Positions 41,291 through 49,934 of a DNA stretch of 61,843 bases are shown here, in pieces. Position 1 is the stretch's first letter. Each line of letters starts with the position of its first letter. The stretch is taken from IMG/VR virus record IMGVR_UViG_3300042568_000857, positions 1 through 61,843 of that record; one strand, given 5' to 3'. Both the position numbers and the translations under genes were made by a program. This DNA is from a virus. Lineage: Duplodnaviria; Caudoviricetes. The notes beneath the pieces are model-generated. The model searched no databases. It had not been told where the DNA came from and saw only the letters and a program-made list of their open reading frames with translations.

Positions 41291-43309
41291 CTAGACAAGA
41301 TGAATTGCGTTTACGCCTTTCGGCACGCCGTCGATGTCGCGGTTGTCCATGACAATCACCTGATCCACCAGCCCAGCCTCCACGGCGGCGGCCAGATTCG
41401 CCAAGACGGCAGGCTTGCGGCCTGGATCAATAACGCCAAATTCGTCCACAATGACGAGCTTAAAGCCTTGATGATTGGCAGCCAAGGCGGCCTGAATGGC
41501 GGCGGTGGCAATGCGCTTGTCCGAGCCGCTGAAGGCATCGAAAGTCACCCATGACTGATCCTCGTATCGGCCAAGGCAAAGGTCGTGGACAGTCAACGGG
41601 GCGGCGAACAAGCCAGCCGTGAAGGTCTGGCACACATCCAGCACGCCGCGCAAGGCATGGTCCATGATGCCCTTCACCCCAGCATCCCAAGCCGTCCTAG
41701 CCGTTTTAAAGGCGGTTTCATCTGTTTCGAGCTGGGCCAGCCGTTCCTCAGCCTGCCTGCGGGTGGCCTGCCGGGCCTCGGCTTGGGCCTGGGCGGCTTG
41801 GCTGGCGGCGGCGGTGGCGAGGGCACCACGGGCGGCGTCAAGTTGCTCGGAGAGTTCGGTGATGAGTTCAGCGATGCGGTCAGCGCGTAGGCTTGCCACA
41901 AGGCGGCCTTCGTCGGCCTTGGCGTAGGCGTCCCAAGCCCTAGCTCGGCGGGCCTCGGCGGTGAGGGCGTCGGCGGACTCGGTGAGGTCGGCGAGGGCGT
42001 CTTGCAGGCCTTGGATGTCGGCCTCGGTGATGCCTGCGCCTTGGACGGTTTCGTGAAGCCAGTGATTATCCACGGCCTGTTCGGCGCGGAGCACGGCTTC
42101 GTAGGCGCGGGTGACGGCGGCGGCTTGGCGAATAAGGCTGTGAAGAGTTTGGAGGCGGTCGGCATTTTGCTTCATCGCTTCCTCCCATCCTGCAACGTCT
42201 GACTCTTCGGCTGCTTCGCGGTTCCAATGCACTGCCAAAGCTCCGCAACAAGGGCAAGTGCCTTTGCCGGTAAGCTCGTCGTTGTTGGCGGCGTTGAGCT
42301 TGGTTTGCAGGCGGTCAGACTGAATCAGTAACTCGTTAATGTCAGCCTTGAACTTTGCTTCGTCCACTGGCTCCCACCCGTCCGCCACGATCTGATAGGC
42401 GGCCTGGGCCTCTGCCAGCTTGGCCTCAAGCCTGCCGTGTTCGGCCTGCCAGCGGTCCCATACCTGCCGGTCCACCTGGGCCTGGGCAAGGTCGGCCTGG
42501 GCGGCGCGCAGGCGGGTTTGCACGTCGGCGAGCTGGGCCTCAAATGCCTCTGCCGTGCCGTTGGGGCGCTCGCTTGGGGGCTGCACTGGGGCCGGGCGGC
42601 TGGCGATGGCGTTGGCCTCGCCGGTCAGGGTGGCGATCTCGCGCTCTAGGCGGGAGACGTTGGCGCGGAGTTCGGAGATGGGCGGGCCGCTGGGGGCGGG
42701 TGCGGAGGTGTCGAGGATCTCCATGCCTGCCAGGGTGCCGCGCATATCCTTCATGCTGGCGGTGTAGCCGGTGGCGGTGACCTTGGCGATGTCTTCGACA
42801 CTGGCTAGCCACTCCTGCACATCGTCAAAGGCTTTGAGTGTGCCTGTGAGCTTTTCCAACCCTGACTCGGCCAGGAGGGCGCGGAGCTTGGCTGGCACGT
42901 CGTCGCCGCAGGCTCCCAAGATCATGCCTGCCCTGACTTTGGGCGAGGCTGCCAAGAACGGCTCAAGGTCGAGCATGACGGGTGGCAGGAGGTCGGCGGG
43001 GGCCGGGCTTTTGGACTCGCCCTTTACGGACTTGCCGGAGCGGGTGAGGCTGCGGTCGTAAATGGTGCCGCCAATGTCGAGGCTGGCCCCCATACGCAGG
43101 CTAGAGCCGAGGGCGTCCATGACGCCGCCGTTGGTCTTGGGCAGGCCGGGCACCTTGCCGGAGAGGACAAAGGACAAGGCGTTGGCGATTGTTGTCTTCC
43201 CGGCACCGTTGGCACCGATAACTAGGTTGACGCCGGAGGCGAAGTTGTGGGCGCGGGAGCGGCCAGCAAAAGAGTCGAGGGAGATGGAGGAGATGTATGT
43301 ATTTTTCAT
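41291..43309 (-). CDS. Rad50/SbcC-like SMC ATPase
   Basis: GANGAGKT, coiled coils with CPCC zinc hook, FSGSD signature, IVDEFG. Confidence 0.88.
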   Translation of the reverse strand: MKNTYISSISLDSFAGRSRAHNFASGVNLVIGANGAGKTTIANALSFVLSGKVPGLPKTNGGVMDALGSSLRMGASLDIGGTIYDRSLTRSGKSVKGESKSPAPADLLPPVMLDLEPFLAASPKVRAGMILGACGDDVPAKLRALLAESGLEKLTGTLKAFDDVQEWLASVEDIAKVTATGYTASMKDMRGTLAGMEILDTSAPAPSGPPISELRANVSRLEREIATLTGEANAIASRPAPVQPPSERPNGTAEAFEAQLADVQTRLRAAQADLAQAQVDRQVWDRWQAEHGRLEAKLAEAQAAYQIVADGWEPVDEAKFKADINELLIQSDRLQTKLNAANNDELTGKGTCPCCGALAVHWNREAAEESDVAGWEEAMKQNADRLQTLHSLIRQAAAVTRAYEAVLRAEQAVDNHWLHETVQGAGITEADIQGLQDALADLTESADALTAEARRARAWDAYAKADEGRLVASLRADRIAELITELSEQLDAARGALATAAASQAAQAQAEARQATRRQAEERLAQLETDETAFKTARTAWDAGVKGIMDHALRGVLDVCQTFTAGLFAAPLTVHDLCLGRYEDQSWVTFDAFSGSDKRIATAAIQAALAANHQGFKLVIVDEFGVIDPGRKPAVLANLAAAVEAGLVDQVIVMDNRDIDGVPKGVNAIHLV

Positions 43310-43321
43310 GGTGGTGTGGTG

Positions 43322-43564
43322 TTAGAAGTCAATATCAGCATATAGATGCTCGTCGGTAGCCGCTGGAAGTAGAATGCGGTGAACTCGGGAACAGTTGCCC
43401 CTGCGTTCGGTTACTTGTTTGGCGAAAGTCGCGGCGTCCTTTCGGTTCATTGAAATGAACACGGTGCTAGGACGACGATAGGCCAACGTCCAGATTTGGC
43501 TTCCTGGGGGGCGCTCAAAACAGACGTAGTATGCTTTGAATGCGGACTCATCTTTGAGGATCAT
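43322..43564 (-). CDS. Hypothetical protein
   Basis: ORF coupled to the XRE gene. Confidence 0.55.
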   Translation of the reverse strand: MILKDESAFKAYYVCFERPPGSQIWTLAYRRPSTVFISMNRKDAATFAKQVTERRGNCSRVHRILLPAATDEHLYADIDF

Positions 43565-43773
43565 AGGCGTGGCAGTTTGGTGCGTTTCTGGTGGAGTTTG
43601 CGAAGCAGTTGTTGCAAGCCGTAGCCTTGAATCATTGCGCGCTCTTGTTCCCAATTCTCCAACGTGCGTTTGTTAATGCCCAGGACTTGAGCTGCATCTC
43701 GCTGGCTAAACTCGTTATCGGAGCGCCAAGCGCGCAACAAATCGGCAAATTCTTTACTGGTGGGTGGAGTCAT
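43561..43773 (-). CDS. XRE-family HTH regulator
   Basis: FSQRDAAQVLGINKRTLENWEQ. Confidence 0.85.
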   Translation of the reverse strand: MTPPTSKEFADLLRAWRSDNEFSQRDAAQVLGINKRTLENWEQERAMIQGYGLQQLLRKLHQKRTKLPRL

Positions 43774-44183
43774 GGCTTGATGAAGGTTAGAACGGCTGGT
43801 CCTGAATAAGCCGGGCAGCCCTCGGCCTTGGCCGTGAACTTGGCCTTGCCACGCCTGACGACGGCATGGCCCTGCAAGACGTGCCTTTTGCCCCGCTTGC
43901 CGGGCTTGTGGCCAGGCAGGCTAAGCCAAGTGGCCGAGTCTTGGCGCTTGGCCTCGATCTGCCCGGCGGCCACAAGGGCGCGGAGGCGGGCGTAGATGTT
44001 CGGCGAGTGGGCGGGCCTGCCTGCTTCCTTGCGGCGGGCTACCATGGCGGCCACCAACTCGGCCTTGGTCATCTGCCCGCACACGGCCAGCACGGCCAAG
44101 GCTAACTGGCTGAGGCTGGACTGGCGGCGGGCAGGCTTGGCCGGGCGTGGGCTGGCGGTGGGGATGAGGTGGAAGTCATTCAT
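43770..44183 (-). CDS. Winged-helix DNA-binding protein
   Basis: GQMTKAELV..NIYARLRALVAAGQI. Confidence 0.55.
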   Translation of the reverse strand: MNDFHLIPTASPRPAKPARRQSSLSQLALAVLAVCGQMTKAELVAAMVARRKEAGRPAHSPNIYARLRALVAAGQIEAKRQDSATWLSLPGHKPGKRGKRHVLQGHAVVRRGKAKFTAKAEGCPAYSGPAVLTFIKP

Positions 44184-44185
44184 GG

Positions 44186-45010
44186 CTAGTCTTGGGGCCA
44201 AGGTTCCTCAGCGGCGGCGGCTTCCTCGGCTGGATAGTCGGGCAGGGCGGCGGTGACGACGCTAGGGGCGATGTCGCCAGATTCGAGCGCCTTGCAGACA
44301 TGCAGGATTTCGGAGGCGCACTGGTGGACATCCTGCCAGAACGTCCGGTTGCGCACCTCGTCGGGAATCGTGGAGGCTGCCACGCCTTTGATGAGCGCCG
44401 TGAACGCCTCCTTGACCGCCATGCCTACCGTAGCGCCATGCGGCCCGGCGGGCACAGGCGGCCTGCTAGGCTGGGCAGGCGGCTGCTGCGGAGGGCGGGC
44501 GGCTTGGGGTGGCGGGCCTGACTGGCGGGGAGGTGGGTTCAGTAGGCGTTGCTGGGCCTGCTGCGGGTTGTTGTCGTACACGATGTCCGTCCTGTGGGCT
44601 GGCGGGCCTTGGCGGGCTGGCTGGGCTGGCTGGGCTGGCTGGGCTGGGGCGGCGGGGACGCCTTCGAGCCATTCAATCACGGTGCGGGAGCGGCCATGCT
44701 GGTCGGTTCCTTTTGCATCAAGCCTTTTTTTTCCATTGTAGGAAGAAACGCTGAGACCTGTCAGGTCGCCGCGCCCATTTTTGGTTGCAGAGATGCGGAA
44801 CCATGGGCCTACCCAATCGGCTGTAAGGGGCGGATCAAAATCCACGAAACGAATACCCACCTTGGTACCGGCAGCGTCCTCGGCATAGGCGGATTGTATG
44901 GTGCCTTGCCCAAAAGGCTTTGGTGGGTCAATCTTCAAGAGACGGGCCTCGACCATCTCCAAATCTGTAGAATCTGGAATGTGCTCCAGTGTTGCGAAGG
45001 GTGTAATCAT
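44186..45010 (-). CDS. Hypothetical, possible OB-fold ssDNA-binding protein
   Basis: Beta-rich N-domain, P/Q linker with PAQ repeats, acidic C-terminus. Confidence 0.55.
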   Translation of the reverse strand: MITPFATLEHIPDSTDLEMVEARLLKIDPPKPFGQGTIQSAYAEDAAGTKVGIRFVDFDPPLTADWVGPWFRISATKNGRGDLTGLSVSSYNGKKRLDAKGTDQHGRSRTVIEWLEGVPAAPAQPAQPAQPARQGPPAHRTDIVYDNNPQQAQQRLLNPPPRQSGPPPQAARPPQQPPAQPSRPPVPAGPHGATVGMAVKEAFTALIKGVAASTIPDEVRNRTFWQDVHQCASEILHVCKALESGDIAPSVVTAALPDYPAEEAAAAEEPWPQD

Positions 45011-45097
45011 AGGATGTCTGGCCGATGTTTTGCGGCTGACACCAACTCTAACGCATACCGTTTAGTTTGCAAATGGTATCATCGAGCTAATTCGTAT

Positions 45098-45167
45098 TTG
45101 AGGATTTGTGATGACGTGTTATTATGAACACGCCGCCGGAAGCTAGACACTTCACGACGGCGCTAAC
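45098..45167 (+). promoter_or_regulatory. HNH-4 leader: promoter, hairpin, CTAAC
   Basis: TTGAGG-N16-TATTATG; stem CGCCG..GAAG/CTTC..CGGCG (45131-45162); CTAAC. Confidence 0.7.
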
Positions 45168-45185
45168 TAAGCCCATAAAAACACT

Positions 45186-45761
45186 ATGAACGAAGCTACA
45201 CCAACCGTGCCACTGGCGCGCACACAAATCAACTTTACTCCCGCACAAGAGGCGAGATTTTGGGCTAAAATCAATAAAGATGGCCCGACAATGCCGCACA
45301 TGGAAAGCCCTTGCTGGGTATGGACGGCGTGCAAAAATAAAGCAGGATATGGCAGCGTAAAAGTGGTGGATAAAACACAACTAGCCCACCGCGTCGCATG
45401 GATGCTTAATCATGCTGAAATTACCAATATTTTAGTCTGCCACCGCTGCGACAATCCGGCTTGTTGTCGCATTGATCACCTTTTTCTCGGTACGGCTGCT
45501 GATAATGCTCGCGATAGGGCCGCCAAGGGTCGTAACAACTCGGCTAGCGGCGACAAGCACGGTTCGCGGACAAAACGCGAGAGCAGACCAAGAGGAGAGG
45601 CTAACCATTTTGCAAAATTAACCGCTACTACAGTCATTGAAATTCGCTCGCTGTATGCCGCTGGAGGCATTACTTTAACGGCGCTTGCCGTGCGGTTTGG
45701 TGTTGGTGTATCCACAATTCACGCCATCGTTCGCCGCAAAATCTGGCAGCACATCCCATGA
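45186..45761 (+). CDS. HNH homing endonuclease copy 4
   Basis: Same family signature; [22 protein letters not shown]. Confidence 0.92.
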   Translation: MNEATPTVPLARTQINFTPAQEARFWAKINKDGPTMPHMESPCWVWTACKNKAGYGSVKVVDKTQLAHRVAWMLNHAEITNILVCHRCDNPACCRIDHLFLGTAADNARDRAAKGRNNSASGDKHGSRTKRESRPRGEANHFAKLTATTVIEIRSLYAAGGITLTALAVRFGVGVSTIHAIVRRKIWQHIP

Positions 45762-46123
45762 CCAGCCTGACCATCACCGTCCCCATTCCCTCCCCAAAGC
45801 TCGCCCACAACGGGCGCGTCCACTTCCGGCAGCGGGCCGCCCTCGTCAAAGCCTGCCGGGCCTCGTCCTGCCTCCTGGCAAAAGCGGCCTTGGCTGGCAA
45901 GCCTGCGCCGGGCTGGGGGAAAGCGGCGGTGAAGGTGGTGGCGTATTTTCCGACACTGAGCTTCCCAGATCCGATGAACTTGCTCGATAGGTGTAAGGCC
46001 GTGCTGGATGGCTTCGAGGATGCCAGAATCATCCTGGATGACAAAGACCTTTGGCCGGAAAGGCCGGAGATGCACAAAGACAAGGACCGCCCGCGACTGG
46101 AAGTTACAATCACGCCGGAGTAA
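45758..46123 (+). CDS. rusA: RusA-like Holliday junction resolvase
   Basis: DPMNLLDRCKAVLDGFEDARIILDDK..PRLEVTI. Confidence 0.75.
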   Translation: MTSLTITVPIPSPKLAHNGRVHFRQRAALVKACRASSCLLAKAALAGKPAPGWGKAAVKVVAYFPTLSFPDPMNLLDRCKAVLDGFEDARIILDDKDLWPERPEMHKDKDRPRLEVTITPE

Positions 46124-46132
46124 TCATACCAT

Positions 46133-46161
46133 TTGCGAGCCTTGAGGTTTGCCGCTATAAT
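46133..46161 (+). promoter_or_regulatory. Sigma70-like promoter
   Basis: TTGCGA-N17-TATAAT. Confidence 0.7.
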
Positions 46162-46184
46162 TGCATTCCAGACATCCCGACACC

Positions 46185-46433
46185 ATGACAATACCCCACC
46201 CATACCGGCTACGCGCCTATCACAACCCAAGAAACGCGGATGAGTCGCTTGTCCCGGCAGGCTGGCGGATGCTTTATGCTGACGAGTTTCCTTTACCAGA
46301 CGGCCACCGCATTCCTTGCCGTTTGTTTGTTAAAGGCATCTACGACAACGCTCCAGATCCTCACTTTGGAGCCAATAAGGGGCGCACTGGTTCCCTTTGG
46401 TGCATAACCTACATTATCCCCGTCACGCCATGA
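46185..46433 (+). CDS. Hypothetical protein
   Basis: ATG follows promoter and GACATCC motif. Confidence 0.55.
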   Translation: MTIPHPYRLRAYHNPRNADESLVPAGWRMLYADEFPLPDGHRIPCRLFVKGIYDNAPDPHFGANKGRTGSLWCITYIIPVTP

Positions 46434-46594
46434 CCGCACTCCCCCTGAAAACCTGCCCGGCCTGCCTTGGCCGAGGTCAGCGGCTCGCCAACTCAGGCAC
46501 AGGCCTTTTGAAGCCGTGCCCAGCTAAGGGCTGTACGGCCAAGGCTAAAGCGGCGGAGATCAAACACAACGGCCATGAAACGAAGCTACCTTAA
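46430..46594 (+). CDS. Small Zn-finger protein
   Basis: CPACLGRG..CPAKGC. Confidence 0.5.
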   Translation: MTALPLKTCPACLGRGQRLANSGTGLLKPCPAKGCTAKAKAAEIKHNGHETKLP

Positions 46595-46922
46595 ACGCAA
46601 AGCCCGGCTGGCCCCGGCAAGCGCCAAGCAGGCCGATAGGCTGGCGCGTTATCACGCCATGGTGGACGGCTGGCAGGGCAGGCGGGTTTGTGCCAAGTGC
46701 GGTGCCAAGGCTGGCCTAGAGCCTCACCATCCATGGGGCAGGGGGCGGGAGAACCTGTTTCGAGTGATCTTGCTTTGCCACACCTGCCATGAAGGATGCC
46801 ACGCCTCGCCGGATGTGGCCTATAGGCTTGGCTGGCTCCAGCCTGAGTACCGGGGCGTCATCCGCCCACCAAACTTTCCCGTCCCGTGGAAACTAGAACA
46901 ACTGATAACCGACATCCCATGA
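46575..46922 (+). CDS. Zn-binding HNH-like nuclease, distinct from the five-member family
   Basis: CAKC..HH..GRG..LCHTCH..CH. Confidence 0.7.
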   Translation: MKRSYLKRKARLAPASAKQADRLARYHAMVDGWQGRRVCAKCGAKAGLEPHHPWGRGRENLFRVILLCHTCHEGCHASPDVAYRLGWLQPEYRGVIRPPNFPVPWKLEQLITDIP

Positions 46923-47287
46923 AAAAGACACCCCACAAGAAGCCTTACCTTCACGCCCCAGCCTTTGCCCGCAAGGAGATCGCCCGCCTCAAAGCCTTGG
47001 GGATGCGATTTGCCTACAATCCTTGGGATGATGTGAAGTCGGTGAGCCACATCACGCCCCGCGCCTACTGCATCGCCAAGCCTGCTAGCCAGTTTGCGGT
47101 TTTTGCGGTGCCGTCATGTGACCGTGAGCCGCAGTTAGTTGGCCTTTCAAACGCCGACAGGACTACAGTTCAACATGAGTCATGCCAAAGGGTGAAAGAG
47201 GGCGACTGGTGTTCTCTTGCCTACGTCTCCACCGACTCCAGCGGCCAGCCCGTCGTCCTTGAAATCCTCCAGCCCACCAAGCCATGA
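46919..47287 (+). CDS. Hypothetical protein
   Basis: Coupled ORF, GACATCCC-ATG start. Confidence 0.55.
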   Translation: MKKTPHKKPYLHAPAFARKEIARLKALGMRFAYNPWDDVKSVSHITPRAYCIAKPASQFAVFAVPSCDREPQLVGLSNADRTTVQHESCQRVKEGDWCSLAYVSTDSSGQPVVLEILQPTKP

Positions 47288-47601
47288 CTGCCACCCTACT
47301 CATCGAGGCCATCACCGCCGCCAAACAGGCCGAGGCCTCCGCCCGCCAGAACCGCCTAGCCGCCGTCCGGGCTTTTGCCGGGCACATCAAGGGCAAGATG
47401 GCCCGCCTCAAACTGGACCGGGGCACGCTTCGCCGCCGCCTTGGCTGGCCTGATAGCCGAATCGGCAATTTTTTACACTTGGATTACTGCCTCACGCCCG
47501 AATGGATGGCCCAGCTTGCCGAGGCCGTGGGGCCAATGACCGCAGCCGAGCGCCGGGCGGCCAAGCGCCAGCCTAAACGCACCAAAGCACTCAACTCCTA
47601 A
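47284..47601 (+). CDS. Hypothetical HTH-like protein
   Basis: LDRGTLRRRLGWPDSRIGNFL. Confidence 0.55.
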   Translation: MTATLLIEAITAAKQAEASARQNRLAAVRAFAGHIKGKMARLKLDRGTLRRRLGWPDSRIGNFLHLDYCLTPEWMAQLAEAVGPMTAAERRAAKRQPKRTKALNS

Positions 47602-47607
47602 ACACCC

Positions 47608-48039
47608 ATGAGCGATACACCGCGCACAAACGAATTTAAACGCACTGTCGGAGTCCCTTGGTGGGAGTTTGCGGGCCAACTCGAACGCGAGCTAGCCGCC
47701 AGCCAAGCCGGGCAGGCCGAGCTACTGGCCCGGCTGGAAGAACGCACGCAGTCACATCTCCACGCTTCGGCCAGAGATGTGCAAACGATCCAACGGCAGG
47801 CGGTGGAGCTTGCCCATTGGCGGGCCGAGTTTGTGCGAATGGCAGCCATGCGCGAGCATAATGGCAATATGGCTGGTATGTGGCAGGCATTGGCAGAGGG
47901 GCTGGCTAAGGCGGCAACCGAATATATGGATAAATGCCCTGCGGACGCTGACGAAACGCCTTCATTCTACGCGGCTGGCCTCGGCTTGAGCCAAGCCCTC
48001 GCCGCCCAAGAGGCCGCCAAATCCGCAAACCATGACTAA
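47608..48039 (+). CDS. Hypothetical coiled-coil protein
   Basis: MSDTPRT..FAGQLEREL N-terminus common in phage accessory proteins. Confidence 0.6.
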   Translation: MSDTPRTNEFKRTVGVPWWEFAGQLERELAASQAGQAELLARLEERTQSHLHASARDVQTIQRQAVELAHWRAEFVRMAAMREHNGNMAGMWQALAEGLAKAATEYMDKCPADADETPSFYAAGLGLSQALAAQEAAKSANHD

Positions 48040-48053
48040 CGAAGCTCAACGCT

Positions 48054-48674
48054 ATGCCTTTCATTCTCTCCGACACTCCACAAGTCATCCGGTGCCTTGT
48101 CCGCGCCGAGTTTACTCAGAACCACCAACGCCACCAAGGACAATACCTCCGCGCCCACATTCTCGGGGTCCGTTGCCAGGAAGCGGCAAGCCTTCAATTT
48201 CAGGTAAGGTTTGATGAGCCCAAGATGGCAGGGGCCATGTTTTGCCTGCCGATCCAGGCTTTGTGCTGGAAGCCTTGCCAGGTGCCAGACTCCGAGCTTG
48301 TCCAGCCGTGGGACACGTTTTCGGCCACGTTTGCCGTGCATGAGTTTACCTTGTGGCGGCGGGGCAATGCCCAGCTTCTTAACGTGCGAGGGATTGATGG
48401 CCACCCCGAACGCCTGCCCGCCCGCTACCTGTTCACCCTCGACTTCGCCGGTAACGCCTTGGCAGATGACTTTGAGCAGCATAAACAGCTTCACGTTTTG
48501 CAGATTGAAGCGGGCTGGTTTGCCGCCGTGCCCAACAACCGCGTTTTGAGCGTGGATACCGCTTTTTCCAAGCCCTGCGAAGCTCTGCCGCGTTTTCAAT
48601 CGCTGGATTACCTCTATACCGCAGAATGCAGAATAGGCGAGCCCAGCCTTGACGCCGGGCCGGGCTTGGCGTAG
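48054..48674 (+). CDS. Conserved phage hypothetical protein
   Basis: CLVRAEF, LPIQAL, QPWDTFS, YLFTLD, EQHK, PNNRV motifs. Confidence 0.7.
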   Translation: MPFILSDTPQVIRCLVRAEFTQNHQRHQGQYLRAHILGVRCQEAASLQFQVRFDEPKMAGAMFCLPIQALCWKPCQVPDSELVQPWDTFSATFAVHEFTLWRRGNAQLLNVRGIDGHPERLPARYLFTLDFAGNALADDFEQHKQLHVLQIEAGWFAAVPNNRVLSVDTAFSKPCEALPRFQSLDYLYTAECRIGEPSLDAGPGLA

Positions 48675-48830
48675 GCTTGGCCTGCCGCTGGCCTTGTCGG
48701 GCTGGTGGTCCCGTGTGGAACCGGTGTGCATACAGTACATGACCCAATCGTTAAATCGCCCCCATCTAAGCGGGATTTGCCAGTATGCAGGCATTTCCAC
48801 TCCCGCGAGGCTCTGGGGGCGGCCCTTTTG
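48649..48830 (+). ncRNA. Promoter plus structured leader RNA ahead of replication operon
   Basis: TTGACG-N17-TAGGCT; nested stem CGCCCCCA/TGGGGGCG, GCGGGA/TCCCGC, TGCC/GGCA (48757-48821). Confidence 0.45.
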
Positions 48831-48834
48831 TGTT

Positions 48835-49248
48835 ATGGACTCCGACTTACTCCACATTCTCCAGCATTCCCTTGGGCTGGATCTGTACGGCCAACCACCC
48901 GAGAATTATCAGGGGTGTCACGATGACGAGTTTCCAGGCTGTTACCGCAATCGCTTTGTCACAAGCCCGACCTCGCCCGATGGAGTGAAGTGCGAACAGT
49001 TGGTGGCCGGTGGCCTGATGGCTAGGCCGACGCGGCAGCCCGGCTTTATTGGAGACATGGTGAACTACTTTGTGACACAGGCAGGCTATGAGGCCGTGCG
49101 CAGGGATTCGCCAAGGCCGCCCAAGGTATCGAAGGCCAAGCGGCGGTGGCAGGCTTTCCGCGAGTTTCGCGAGGCTTATCAATGCACGTTCAAGGAGTAT
49201 TTGAAATGGCCGGGCCGGGCTGAATACGAGCAGAGGGAGGGCGTGTAA
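48835..49248 (+). CDS. Hypothetical protein
   Basis: HILQHSLGLD..YRNRFV ORF following the leader. Confidence 0.65.
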   Translation: MDSDLLHILQHSLGLDLYGQPPENYQGCHDDEFPGCYRNRFVTSPTSPDGVKCEQLVAGGLMARPTRQPGFIGDMVNYFVTQAGYEAVRRDSPRPPKVSKAKRRWQAFREFREAYQCTFKEYLKWPGRAEYEQREGV

Positions 49249-49934
49249 TGGATACTGGGGCTTTGATTGGTGACATGATTCGCGCTGGCGTCGATCCGGC
49301 GTTGATTGAGCGCACGGTGGACGCTTTGATTGAAATGGCGCGAGTGAGTGCCGCTGCTGTTGACTCGCGGAGTTCGGGTGCTCGCAGACAAGCCGCCTAT
49401 CGTGAACGAATAGCGTCACAAACCGTAACAAACCGTAACGAAACGTCACTTGTTACGGATGATGAATCCCCCTCTCTCCCCCTCTCTCCCCCCTCTCAGA
49501 CTCTCCCCCCTACGCTCCCCCACACACCCGTACGTGAGGCCAAACCCGGCCCGCCATCGGTTCCGGCTACGCCTCCACCGGAGGGCACTGTTTCAGCCTA
49601 CTCCAAACCCAGGCCCCCAAGACCGCCCTCGACCGCCGACCCACGTCACGCCGAGTTTGTCGCCATATTCGCCGACGAATACGCCGAGGCCACCGGCCAG
49701 CCCTACGCCATGGCAGGCGGCAAAGACGGCCAGCAGCTCCAGACCTTGCTCAAGACGCTCAAAGACCTCACCGCCGACGAGTGGCGGACGGGTATCCGTT
49801 GGTCCTGGCAGATTGCCAGCCAAGACGCCTTCGCCAACGCCTGCGTCCGCCAGACCGGCAGCCTAGCCGCCTTCTGCTCGGCCTGGAGCCGCCTTGTGGC
49901 CTACCACTCAACCTACCAACAGCCACGCCGATGA
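49248..49934 (+). CDS. Replication initiator-like protein
   Basis: ARRQAAYRER followed by VT-repeat linker; directly upstream of DnaB (lambda O-like layout). Confidence 0.6.
   Translation: MDTGALIGDMIRAGVDPALIERTVDALIEMARVSAAAVDSRSSGARRQAAYRERIASQTVTNRNETSLVTDDESPSLPLSPPSQTLPPTLPHTPVREAKPGPPSVPATPPPEGTVSAYSKPRPPRPPSTADPRHAEFVAIFADEYAEATGQPYAMAGGKDGQQLQTLLKTLKDLTADEWRTGIRWSWQIASQDAFANACVRQTGSLAAFCSAWSRLVAYHSTYQQPRR
49414..49457 (+). repeat. Iteron-like repeats (candidate origin)
   Basis: CGT(A/C)AC at 49414, 49424, 49434, 49444 (10-bp period) and inverted at 49452. Confidence 0.6.

Noticed and set aside
44615-44650. GGGCTGGCT tandem repeat
   Set aside because: Encodes a PAQ linker; ordinary low complexity.
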